Position numbers and translations under genes: made by a program
DNA from: Nageia nagi
Lineage: Eukaryota > Plantae > Pinophyta
NCBI GenBank assembly: GCA_050084985.1
Contig: JBITNC010000001.1
Coordinates: forward strand, 137,454,001-137,518,000
Length of the DNA: 64,000 bases
Direction: 5' to 3'
Shown: one piece after another, positions 25,500 to 36,616 of the stretch
Layout: every line of letters starts with the position of its first letter
How positions within the stretch are numbered: position 1 is the first letter of the stretch
The notes under the pieces: model-generated
Told to the model about the DNA's origin: nothing
Database searches by the model: none
What the model saw: only the letters and a program-made list of their open reading frames with translations

Positions 25500-27190
25500 G
25501 TGAATATGTAAATTTTGCAGGATTGAAAACAAATTCAAAATTCTTATCTTAGAGTTGCTGAAATATGATGCTGACCATGTGGCATTTCCAAGTCAGCAAA
25601 ACGAATTTGTCCCTCATTTTGTAACTGTAGAATATTTCAATTTGTAACTAAAGGAATATTTCAGCTTGTAACATTTGTAGATTATTATTCTTCATGTAAT
25701 AGGTTAGATTCTTCAGTTTCTTAGTCTTAGATAGAGTAATATCTATTGTATTGTATTTGTACAAGTTATCAGAGAGTGTAAACACGAATTCAAGAAGAAG
25801 AAAATCCATTTTCCCAGTCTGATGTGTTTTCTAGCATTGTGCAGTCCAGATTTTACAAAATTTTGAACAGCCTACTTTGGAAATTAATATCTTTTTCAAT
25901 GTTACTCCATTTACTGAACGTAATATACCATTGGAAAGGTATTACCAAACACTTTCCGTCCATGTGACACATGCCCTATTTTGTTTATGTTAAGCACTTC
26001 ATTTTCACCTCTGAAAATTGTATTTTAGTCTATTCTGCCCAAAACCTCAACGTGCAGTAAAGTTTACTTGGGTACACATTATTGAGCAGAATTTACTTTG
26101 AAATTTTCATGAGATTCATATTTGTTTTGATCCTCTGTTTCATTGTTTGTAAGTGCGCTGAAGTAACCTCAGTAAACTTCATTTGGTATCAAAGCTTTGT
26201 TCGGTTAGAGGGTTTGAGTCACCTATGTGGCTTTTTGTAACAATTTATCAAGTTGTTTTTTAAAAAAATTTACAAGTTCATTGTTGTTAGTGCATAATGG
26301 CCAACAACAATGACTCATTGTCAACCCTAAGTTTGATGGAACTGATTATGAATATTGGAGCATTAAGATGAAGACTTTGTTGATGGGTAAAGGTATTTGG
26401 GATGTTATAGAAGATAGTTACATAGAACCAACAGATTGGAGCATTATTGTTGCAGCAGATCGAACAACATGGAAGAAAGCTTAGAAAAGGAATTGCTTGG
26501 CACTTTATCATGTTCAATCAGCCTTGGATAAAAGTATTTTTCAAAGAATAGAAGGTTTTAAAATAGTTACTAATGCATGGAAGGCCTTGCAAGATAGTTA
26601 CCAAGGGAGTGACCAAGTCAAGCAAGTGAAGTTGCAAACTCTAAGAAGAGAGTTTGAAAATTTGATAATGAGAGAGGTTGAAAGTGTTGGTAATTATTGT
26701 GTAAGGGTAAAGGTTGTTGCCAATAAATTGGCAACTCTTGGAGAAAAACTCGAAAAAGTGGTTGTTGTCAGGAAAATGTTGACAACACTCACTCCCAAGT
26801 GGAACTATGTAGCCATTATTATTCAAGAGAGTAAGGATTTATCTACTCTTCAATTTGATCACCTGATAGGATTCCTTATATCTCATGAAGAGAAGCTGAG
26901 AGAAACTATTAGTGTTGTTGAGGAGAAAGCATTTTCTTCTAAGACTGATGAAGCAAGTTCTAGTAGGAAAGAAAAAGGATATGGCCAAGGAAGAGGTCAA
27001 AATTCTTCTAGAGAAAGAGGAGGTAGAAGAGGTGGTGCAGCAAGTAGAAGGAGAGGCAGAGTTGATAAGAGGAATGTGCAATGTTACCATTGCAATAAGT
27101 ATAGATATTATGAGAGATAATGCAGATTGAAGGCTAGAAATGATGGAAAGATAGCCAACTATGGTGAAGAAGAGACTACTGAAAAAAAAG
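25500..27190 (+). mobile_element. Truncated Ty1/copia element: 5' LTR remnant, PBS, gag
   Basis: LTR ends ...aaacttca at 26181; PBS tggtatcaaagc (Met-i type) at 26184-26195; left boundary approximate. Confidence 0.8.
26297..27180 (+). pseudogene. gag: Copia gag (DUF4219/UBN2-like, CCHC knuckle)
   Basis: PKFDGTDYEYWSIKMKTLLMGKGIWDVIE...KLQTLRREFENLIMRE...VQCYHCNKYRYYER*C; contains a frameshift and stops. Confidence 0.9.
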
Positions 27191-27474
27191 TGACATAATT
27201 AAGATACCAAGTAAAAAGAACCTATCAATAGTACTAATCACAACAATGGACTATAAAAATTGAAGTCATTTACCATGAAAACAGATAAATAGCTTGAAAA
27301 TAGTGAATCAGAACCATTCTTATTATGTTAATGAAAAGATAATGCTACTTACATGTGAACCAATAAAGAACTGTAACCTTAAGTAAACACGGCATATAGA
27401 AATATAAAATGTTTGTTTACACCGTATGCAATTAGCATAAGCATTCATTTTGACTGTTTTGTATTTCACACTAC

Positions 27475-27564
27475 CTTTGCCCAATGAGCTCTTGCACGCT
27501 CCTTTGCTACAAGTCTATTCAATAGCTTCTCTTGAATTAGCAACTTAGGAAAATTCCTTTCACA
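27475..27564 (-). CDS. Host gene internal exon (90 bp)
   Basis: ttgacag|TGT...AAG|gtagtg; CERNFPKLLIQEKLLNRLVAKERARAHWAK, phase 0/0; matches the recalled CEYRIKKLRNED...HWDK segment. Confidence 0.85.
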
Positions 27565-29140
27565 CTGTCAATTAGAAAAGAAAAAGATAAATTACTAGTT
27601 AAATATAACTGTAGTTGAAATGATTTCAAAAACCTTTTCAGGGTTATAAAGACGAGAGTTCATAAAAATCAACTAGTTTCCAAAACTCTAGTGTAAAATC
27701 ACTGCCCAAAATAGATCATCAAGGTTATATGTTTTGACTCTTGAGAAAGAATAAGGATTTGAACTGATATAAAATGGCTTTAAATAACATTAACACATGC
27801 ATATGTTTCAAGAGGAAATATTCTTATTCAAAAATATCCAAATTAAGAATGAAACTGAAATAGAAATTTATGCTAATTAAACACATATTTCATCATGCTA
27901 AATAAAAAATAGTTCCAAAAGCTTTATTAATTTGCCTTGATTGCTTATATGGAAGATTGATTGCATTATTAAAGCCATATGGAAGCTTGGTAAACAAATG
28001 TTTAAAAATATTTTTAACAACAACTGCCTTGATTTCCTACCCCCCTGATTTATGCACAATTAAAAGCTCTATATAAATTTTCATGAATTGTGTAATATTC
28101 CGTTTTTCAAGGTCCCTTTTAAGAGCACTTCACTCTCACCAATTATTCCTTATGATGTGGGACGCACCTCCTCTTGGAGACATTCTTGTGATTTAGAGTT
28201 ATTTTATGTAATTAGAGGTAATTACGCCATTCTATGGCATCCTATGGATGAGCGTTCATCTTGGGTGCAGCAATGTGGTAATTGAGCACTTAAGGTTGGG
28301 CTTCCTTCTTCTAGGGATCTAATGTGTGATTTTTAATTAATTAGGAATATTTTATTATTTAATTAGGAGTTTGGCCTATTTCCACCATTAGATGTAAAAA
28401 TGTTATTAATGACCTCAATCTATGCTCCTAAAAGTTGACATCTCACTTATGGGACATAAGTTGTAATTTGGTGGGCCCGATAGGTCATTTAGGCTAGACA
28501 TCTCATCTTGGGGAGTTTATTAATGTTTTGTAACCCCCATGAGGAATTAGAATGTCTAGGTTGGGTCGACCATCTCTTTGAGTGAAACATCTCCTATAAA
28601 AAGCTATTAGAGTCTCATTTGAAGATATGCGTGATCAAATTATTATTTTATGGGCGTGAGCTCTCTCTCCATTCCTCATGTTCATGCAAGGCAGGTACTT
28701 GAGGTATGACATTCCTCAAGCCTTAGCTAACTGCTACTTCGAGGCCTAACATTCCTCAAACATCCAACAACTGCTACTTAGGGTTTGACATTCCCTAAGA
28801 TTATTTGAAGATTGTCATCATTGTTGAAGAGTCCTAGAATCCATCATGGATTCACTCCAATGACTGTTGCTAAGATCCACCACTGTTGAGTTTGTGTGCA
28901 CCTCATGCTCTACTGAGGAGGGCTTCCAACCCCTAACGTCATACCTTGGGGGTATTCTGAGTCACTTGCACTACCAGATTTGCATTCGTGGAGAGCCAAA
29001 TGCCAAATGTCTACCAGGTTGAAACGTCTCATTCTTGGGCACATATTTCCTCTTAAGAGGCTTGTAACTCGTTTCTCTTGCTTAGATATATTGTTCAAAA
29101 TTTTAAATATAGTTTTTCGACATCATTTCCTTGTGTGTAA

Positions 29141-29485
29141 CATAGTTAGAAAAATCGGAATCATTTGGTTGCAGGATTCAGATTTTTTGAAAAATCAAAT
29201 AAAATCGGCAAAAAATCAACATGGAGAAAAAATGCAGGAATATCTCCTATTTGATATTAAAAAAAATCGGTTTTAGCTAAATCTCAAAAAATCGGCAAAA
29301 AATCATCAACCGATTCAATGCTGATTTAGCAAAAAATCGGGATTTTTTTTGGCAATTGAATCGGAATCGGAATCGGAAAAAATCAGATAAACACTTATTT
29401 GAAAAAAATCGGATCCGATTTGAATCAGATCATTTGCTTGGCCAATTCTGATTTTAGGCAATTTTATCCAATTTTTCTAACTATT
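29141..29485. mobile_element. hAT-type MITE, same family as 22313-22672
   Basis: catagttagaaaaatcgg...atttttctaactat; internal sequence aligns with the 22313 copy; TSD only partial (gtgtgtaa/gtgtgatt). Confidence 0.85.
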
Positions 29486-29825
29486 GTGTGATTCAAATTT
29501 TGCGGAGCCTCATAAAATCAAACATAAATGCATGAGAGAAATTTTGTCCAAGGGAATGCATGCATCATATTCCACTTAGAGGAAACATGTTAAAATTTGC
29601 ATGTTCATGAGTCATTATGGTCAATAAATTGCATTTTTCATTAGGCACATGCCCCCTAAAACGTTCACCCTCCTTCATGCTGCATTTTCAGCGTTCAAAC
29701 TTGCATTTTTGGTCCTTCAATTGCATTTTCAGGTCCCCTCATGCTGCAAATTTCATTCCCCTTCATTTGCATTTGCATTCAAAGTAATTTTGGTCAAGTT
29801 ATCAAAGAAAAATCGTGTTTTTCCC

Positions 29826-31030
29826 CAGTCACATGTTTTGAGGGACATGCTTTTTGCATGTCCCCAAAATGGTGCGACCAAGGTTGTGAACTTTCATACT
29901 TAGAAAATTTTTGCAAAAACATAGAAAAGGCCCAGTCACATGTTTTGAGGAACATGCTTTTGCATGTCCCCTAAATGGTGCGACCAAGGAGGTGGATGTC
30001 CAATACTTAGAATATTTTGAAGTCATTCAACTTGCAAGGAAGAAAGCTAGTCGCATGTTTTGAGGGACATGCTTTTGCATGTCCCCTAAATGGTGCGCCC
30101 AACTTTGAGCAATAAAATTTTGCTAAGTGTTGATCCCGTACGTTGACAAGTGTGGCTACATGCATTTGACCCCCTCTTGCACCAATCATAAGATGACACC
30201 TGTCCCATCTGAGAAGGCTATAAAAAGGAGGTCAGCCTCAATTAGTCTATTTGGAAGGTTAAGTCCAAAGCACTGTGTCCCCTAAAACGTGTGCCCTGTT
30301 CCAAATTGCATTTTTCACGTCATTTTCATTATTTTTTGGAATTTCCTACCTTGGGAGGTGTGCCACAAGCTAGTCGCACCATTTTTAGTACATGCTTGGG
30401 CATTCCCCCAAATCCATGCGCCCAATCCCAGACGTCCTGGCCCAAGGGTAAAATTGACTAAGTGTTGGAATTCAAGAAGAGAGGGCCAAGCGCATACTTT
30501 AAGGTGCATGCTTTTGCACCCATTCCAAAGGGTGCGACTATGAAATAGAGCTTCAAAGTGTTATTCTTGGGCGCACACATTCTAGTACATGCTTTTCCAC
30601 ACCTTCTAAACCATGCACCCTTCACTCCACTCCATCATTTCACCTCAATTTTGACCAACCAGAGGGTGACACGTGGCAACCTAGAAGACTATAAATATTA
30701 AGCCACCCCTTAGTCATTTTCATTACTGCATCTGAACCCTAGTCGCACCATTTCAAGGACATGTTTGAGCACTCATCCAAATTGATGCACCATGGAGGAA
30801 TAAGGAGTTAGGGTTTTGTTTGTGCATCCAGTTAGCCATTTTTGGCTAAGTCATTTCATTTGAGACCTAGAAACTCTGGCGCATGCTTTGCAGTACATGC
30901 TTTTCCACTCACCCAAATCCATGCACCCAGGTGTGAAGTGATGTATTGTGCTCTAAAATTTGACTGACCCACGATCCAATTGCATGCTTCCCAGGTAGTG
31001 AAAAAGCACTCACCTCAAACCGCGTGCCCT
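29826..31030. repeat. Array of ~9 imperfect ~53-bp palindromes in the second giant LTR
   Basis: Units at ~29826, 29934, 30048, 30371, 30488, 30568, 30740, 30876, 30978; inner stem gggacatgc-tttt-gcatgtccc; outer agtcRca...tgcgacc. Confidence 0.85.
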
Positions 31031-31395
31031 GGGTTTACAAGTTGAAATTGACTAAGTGTGAGACAGTAGGAGTTGAGAAGAGAAAGAGACAAGTGGCAAA
31101 CATGCATCCTACCATGCATACACCCTCCATGCATCCCCTATCAAAGAGGGCAACCTTGATTCATTTGTGTTGGACGTCTTGCAGCCCAAACCTGCACATT
31201 TACCCCCTTTTTGTTGCGCCCTCTAAGACATCCAATTCGGTACTAGTCGATTTCTAAGGCATTTCCAACCATTTTCAGTCCTTTTCCTACACATTTTTCA
31301 GAATTCAAAGCTGACTTCAAAAGTGAGGCCGTCCCCACTCAAGGCCAAGAAAGTTCAAGGGCAGTTGTTTGAAAGACATGTGACTAAGAACCAGA

Positions 31396-34297
31396 TGACA
31401 AGGCTCTTGAAAGAGAGCCAGATAGGTCCTCCATCAGCAAGGAGGACCTATCAGATGAGCTCATCCACTCATGTGGATTGTTCAATGCCACCATGATGCC
31501 TTTTTCAGTTCCATTTCCTGAATCGTGTTACGAGGTAGCCAAGAGATGTAAATACAACAAGAGAGTCCTCTTGGACACAAAGGGGAATGTGATTATGGAC
31601 TTCTTCCCCAAAGGAATTGAAGCAGCCTTTGGTTGGAAGAGATATAGAGATGACTACACATTGGCAAATTCAAAGGAGTTTCATGATTCCACTGCCCGAC
31701 CTGGGGACTACATTAGAACGTGGCTTTGTGAAGATTAATAGAATATTTAGGGCCAAAGATTGGTTAGCACCCGTAGGGAGGAATTCCTCCCTACAATGGC
31801 CAAGTTGATCACTTTGTTGTCCAGAGTCGCGGGTAAGGAAAATGACCCTAAGTATAGAAAGGAGTTCACAGGGTTCATTGCAGTAATCAGCTCGGGGAGA
31901 GCTATCAGATGGAGTAAGGTGATTTGTGATGCCCTATGCCACCAGTTGGCTTACTTTGGCTCCTCGAAGAGATTTTATATGAACTCCTATCTTGTGTACC
32001 TGTTGTTCCATGGCAAACTCAAATTCAGATGAAAGGTATTTGGGTCAAAAAGGCATTCCTGAGTGGCGGGTTTACCCAAAGTGGTGGTATCACAACAAGT
32101 TTCAGCATTTCTATGAAAAGAATGATAAGTGGGAGTACTCCATCTATAAAAACATCAAGGGGGAATCAGTCGTGAAGAGGATTTCTGATGCTGCCATTCA
32201 GGCCATCACTGCACATGTAGATTTCTATTTGCAGTATGTTGATCACACATTCATCAGAGTCTATGGCTCAGAAGAGCAACCCCTACTCCTGCCTAGATAT
32301 GCCAATGACAAGCTCATTCTCATGGAGTTTGCTAGACAGTTGTTGTTTCTAAAAGAATGAGTATGGAGAAAGAAGAATGCAACTATCAACTTGCCCATCT
32401 ACATCGCAAGTTATGTTTGCCAGAAGTGAGTTAAGGCTAGCAACATGAAGAAGCTGCAACAGTAAGTCTTCTTTAAGGAGATGGCAGTTACAAATTATGA
32501 TCCTAGAGGTGTGATTACTCATTTCTATAGCACTGCATTCCAATAGCCAATCACTTTTCAGCATAAATATTTAGGGAATGTGGAGAAGTATCGAAATGTG
32601 CAAAATGAGGAGGAAATTGCAAGGATAGATGCTCTTTTGAGCAAAAAAAAGATGACACCCTTCACGCAGAAAAACCACCTCAAAGACCATGCACTGTGAA
32701 AGATAGATCTAAAGAGGTCCCACTCAGGATCAAGTCGTCCCCTCCTGCCAGTGTTGTGCCTCCACAAGATAGAATGCCCTTGCTTCTTGCTGGGAAAAGA
32801 CAAGAAGCTGCAAGGGAGCACATCTCAAGACCTAGCAAACACAACGTGCTAATGGCCGATTTGAGAGATGTTGGTTATTGCACTGTCCCCTTGAGAATGT
32901 TGGAGGAAGCTTGTGTCAATGATTCACCCACTGAAGACATTCCTTCCAAACCCACTCGTCCTCCTAGATGTAGGGAGAAGGTTCCCCCACTACAACCAAG
33001 TTCTAGTTCTTCCGAGCATTCTACTTCTTCTTCCGATGCAGAGATTGATGAGGAACTCGATCGTACAATAGAAGGCTCCAAGGAAGAGTCAAAGAGCCAA
33101 AGAACTAATGAAGAAAGTCGTGGTGAAGGAGAAGGAGAAGAAGAAGATGATGATGATGATGATGATGATGATTATGCTGATGAGCAGTACCCCGAACAAG
33201 ATGATATAGTTGTAGGTGCTTCTACACCTGATGAGATGGAGATTGAAACTCTCCCAGATGATAATGAGATTGTGGACATTGAGACCTATGATGATGAGGT
33301 CCGAATTGTCGGAGTAAAGTGTCCCAGAGAGGTGGGTGCCTCCAAGCCCTCTCCTGCTGATCACCAAAAGAGGTCACCCTCGTCTTCCCAGAAGCCCTCT
33401 ATGAAGAGGACCAGCCATGAGAAATCCCCTCAACCACGAAAGAAAGGCATATGCATTGGTGGTAATGGAGGAGATGAAGAAGACGAGGGGGAGACCAAGA
33501 AGTAGAAAAAGAAGAAAAAACAAGAGGAGCATTAGGGCAAGGAAGTTGCCCTTGTTCAATCTACTCTAGCCAAAGAGGTCAAGAAAGTTAGCAAAGGCAG
33601 ATTGTTGGTGTAGAGGCTTCCTCCCTAGCCAGCAACCGAACATTCAGACGTTGAGCTGGATGGTTGCTTTAGAGCCCTCAACATGAGTACGGCTCACTAT
33701 GAAGAGATAGACCAAAACCTGCACTCTAAAGATGAAGAAGAGGAGCTTTCCGATGGTGAGAAGATTAGAAAATTTGATAAATTTGTTTCCATCTCCCGAA
33801 AGGAAATTTCCATTAGTCATTGCTATTACAAGGAAAAGCATCCTCAAAAGGCAAAAGACTATTTGATAGAGACGTTTAAGATGCCTGTGAAGTTGGGACT
33901 AACAGCACGCAAGCACATAGTTACCCAAAATGTTACAGTCATGGAATAGAAGGGCTATGAAGCCAAAAGGGAGGTGAAGAGACTGAAGAAGGAACTCACG
34001 ACCAGTAGAAAAATCATCAAAGAGTTACAAAATATCAATACCACCCCTCTTGATCTGAAGAAGCAAGCCTCATTCTATGAAGGATGGGAGTTGATGAAGA
34101 AGCAACTGAAGAAGGAGATGATGGAGACCATTGAGAAGTTGTCTTCTCAAATTTATAGCCTCCTCGAGGAAGGTGTTGAAATTCAAGATCTCAAAGCCCA
34201 AATCACAGCACACTTCGAGAAGTTTGACAGCTACCTTCCTAACGCCACCCACATGCAGCAAATTTTTGTTAACAGGCCTCAAAAACTGTTCTACTAG
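31396..34297 (+). pseudogene. Degenerate accessory ORF of the second giant LTR (C-terminus lies in the inverted block at ~35070-35420)
   Basis: ORF fragments 31478-31738, 31760-32032, 31992-32360, 32696-33505 (with (GAT)n poly-D), 33683-33949 and 33974-34297 are collinear with 14798-11760. Confidence 0.85.
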
Positions 34298-36410
34298 GAA
34301 GCTGTAGGGTCTTGGTGGGAGACTCGATGGAAAAAGGGTAAATGAAGTGAGGGCGTGAGTACAAAGACCTAACCGAATGGCATAGAGACAAGCTATACAC
34401 CCCAGAATACATTCACTTACGTGCAAACCATGCAATGAATAGCTTACTCGCTTTAACAAATATTCAATATGGAACATCAAGAGGAAAACTATTCAAACTA
34501 GAGCAACATGCATGATCCCACAAATGATAATCTTCACCGTATTAACTTTGCAAAACCATTCCAGAAAGAAATGAACTCAAAATGATATTCTATAGCATGA
34601 ACAAAAGATTTCTTTTCTTGATTGCAATGATCTCAATATGATATTCAAAGTGAAATAGAGATATGACAACGTACATCCATGATATGCAAAGAATCCCTTA
34701 TGCAACGAATCTTTATGCAATTCAACAGTATGGAGAAAATCTTGTACATGTAATCATATACAAAAATCCTGCAGAAAATCCCCTTCTAAATGTCCTTGAT
34801 GGGGTATACATAAGCCATCAGAAGTGTTGCCCTAAAGGCATCAAATCCAATATGGTGTGCACACACGCAACACACATACCGATACAAAATCAAATTGTTC
34901 ATATAAAATGATGCAAGTGGCACTTAAAAGTTGACAAAATATAAATGCCACTACCAAAATGCCTTTAATCTACCTCTAAACTATGCAAAAGCAAATCAAA
35001 TATGCAGTAAAAGTCTGACATCTAAACCGGCAAGAGCAAAACCTCATCCCTACACCGGTCAGAATCATACGGTTTTCCATACACCCCTGGAGATCATGCC
35101 AACAATGCTATCGTTCTACCGAAAATAGTCCCCAATTTGCCTGGATGTAGTCTGCATCTAGTATCTCCAGATGACCATCTATCTCTCATGGATGATGGGA
35201 TGTCCTACCTTTAGCAAGCTGAGGTCATCAACATCTAGATGCTCCTGGATCAAATTTTGGGCCTTTGCCAATACTGCCTCCTTTCTCCTCACGCTATTAT
35301 CCTCCCCCTGGAACCTGAGCTGGTAGATATATTTGCTCCTCGACTTCCTTCCTTAAGGGGATTTTGAGTTTCAAAACTGTATTGCACTTCTCAAGTGCAT
35401 GCTTTAGCCAGCCGTGATGGTAACTAGTAGTGATTTGAGCACATATTGCTATTTGTTGCCTGGCTTGATAGTGAGTACACCTACCTTTATGAATCCGAAG
35501 ATGACCTGCCGAGACATTGCATCACTGGTGATATTTTCATAAGTTCATCTTTCTTTATATTCCTATGCACTTATCCCTGCATTTGTGATCTTTCTTCACT
35601 TTCGTTCACAATTGCAATCTTTTCTCATTGTGGAAAAGAATCCCAAAGGTGTGTATTTCTCTTGTATACGGTTAACAACATGCATCTCTGACTATTGTGC
35701 CCTACATCATATTCCATGTGAACGCTTGGTGTAACCAATCCTTTTAGGCGAAAACAAGTAACGATGTTTCCTCCAAGTCTTGTGCATGTTTTGGGCGAGG
35801 AAAGAAAAACATACCAACAAGTTCATTCTAATTTTAAAATAAGTGTGGAGTGATAAGCATTAACTTACGAGCATGATTAGGGCATATTTGAGTTATTTGG
35901 AATTTATGGAAAAGTAAGGAATTAATTCAGTAATTATTTGAGCTATTCCTAGTTGGGAATATTACAAATTGATGATCAAGGTTTAAGTATTCAAGAACTA
36001 TTTTTAGCAGTAAATTTATTTTCTACACAAGTTAGCTCTTACTTATTATACTTAAATATTTATTTATATATTATAACAGGGTCATTAACTATGTTAATAT
36101 TATTATAAATATAGAACATATAGTTTGTATTATTAGATTCATCCCTAAGTAATTGACTATTCCAGGGCCACATCATATCATATATTCTATACAAAACAAA
36201 CCACTTCCTTTGATGATTGTTGGTTACCTATATTCACATGTGACGCAAAGAGCAGCATATGCATAACAGGTCAGCATTGGGCAAATAGAATTTTGTTATC
36301 AGAGATATAAGTACAAATTACAATGACATTCTTGGTTGGCCTCAAAGACTTGGGCTCACTAATCCACATCTACACTTTCCATATGCATTCTACTTGCTAA
36401 ATGAATAAGA

Positions 36411-36616
36411 ACTATCAAGATGTATGGGTAGACTACTCATATATACATTTGGGGTTGTCATAGTCCATTACATTTTCAGGTAGCCTATGCATGTGAGTGT
36501 TTATGTCTATCAAACTATCAAGATGTGTGGGTTGTCTACTCATATGTACATTTGGGGTTGCCTTATTCCATTACATTTTCAGGTAGCCTATGCATGTGAG
36601 TTTTTATGTCCATCAA
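36411..36616. repeat. Two-copy tandem duplication (~103 bp)
   Basis: actatcaagatgtRtggg...gtagcctatgcatgtgagtKtttatgtcYatcaa occurs twice head to tail. Confidence 0.9.

Larger units (their letters stand above)
29490..35819 (+). mobile_element. Second copy of the giant ORF-bearing LTR (left terminus lost, internal inversion)
   Basis: Reverse-complement homology to 9898-16625; ends ...aaaacataccaaca at 35819; roughly 40 bp of the start is missing next to the MITE. Confidence 0.85.
28091..35966 (+). mobile_element. Solo LTR (~1.2 kb of own sequence) hosting a nested MITE and the second giant-LTR copy
   Basis: tgtaatattcc...gggaatattaca; perfect TSD aattg (28086-28090, 35967-35971); cctataaaa at ~28593. 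Confidence 0.88.
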
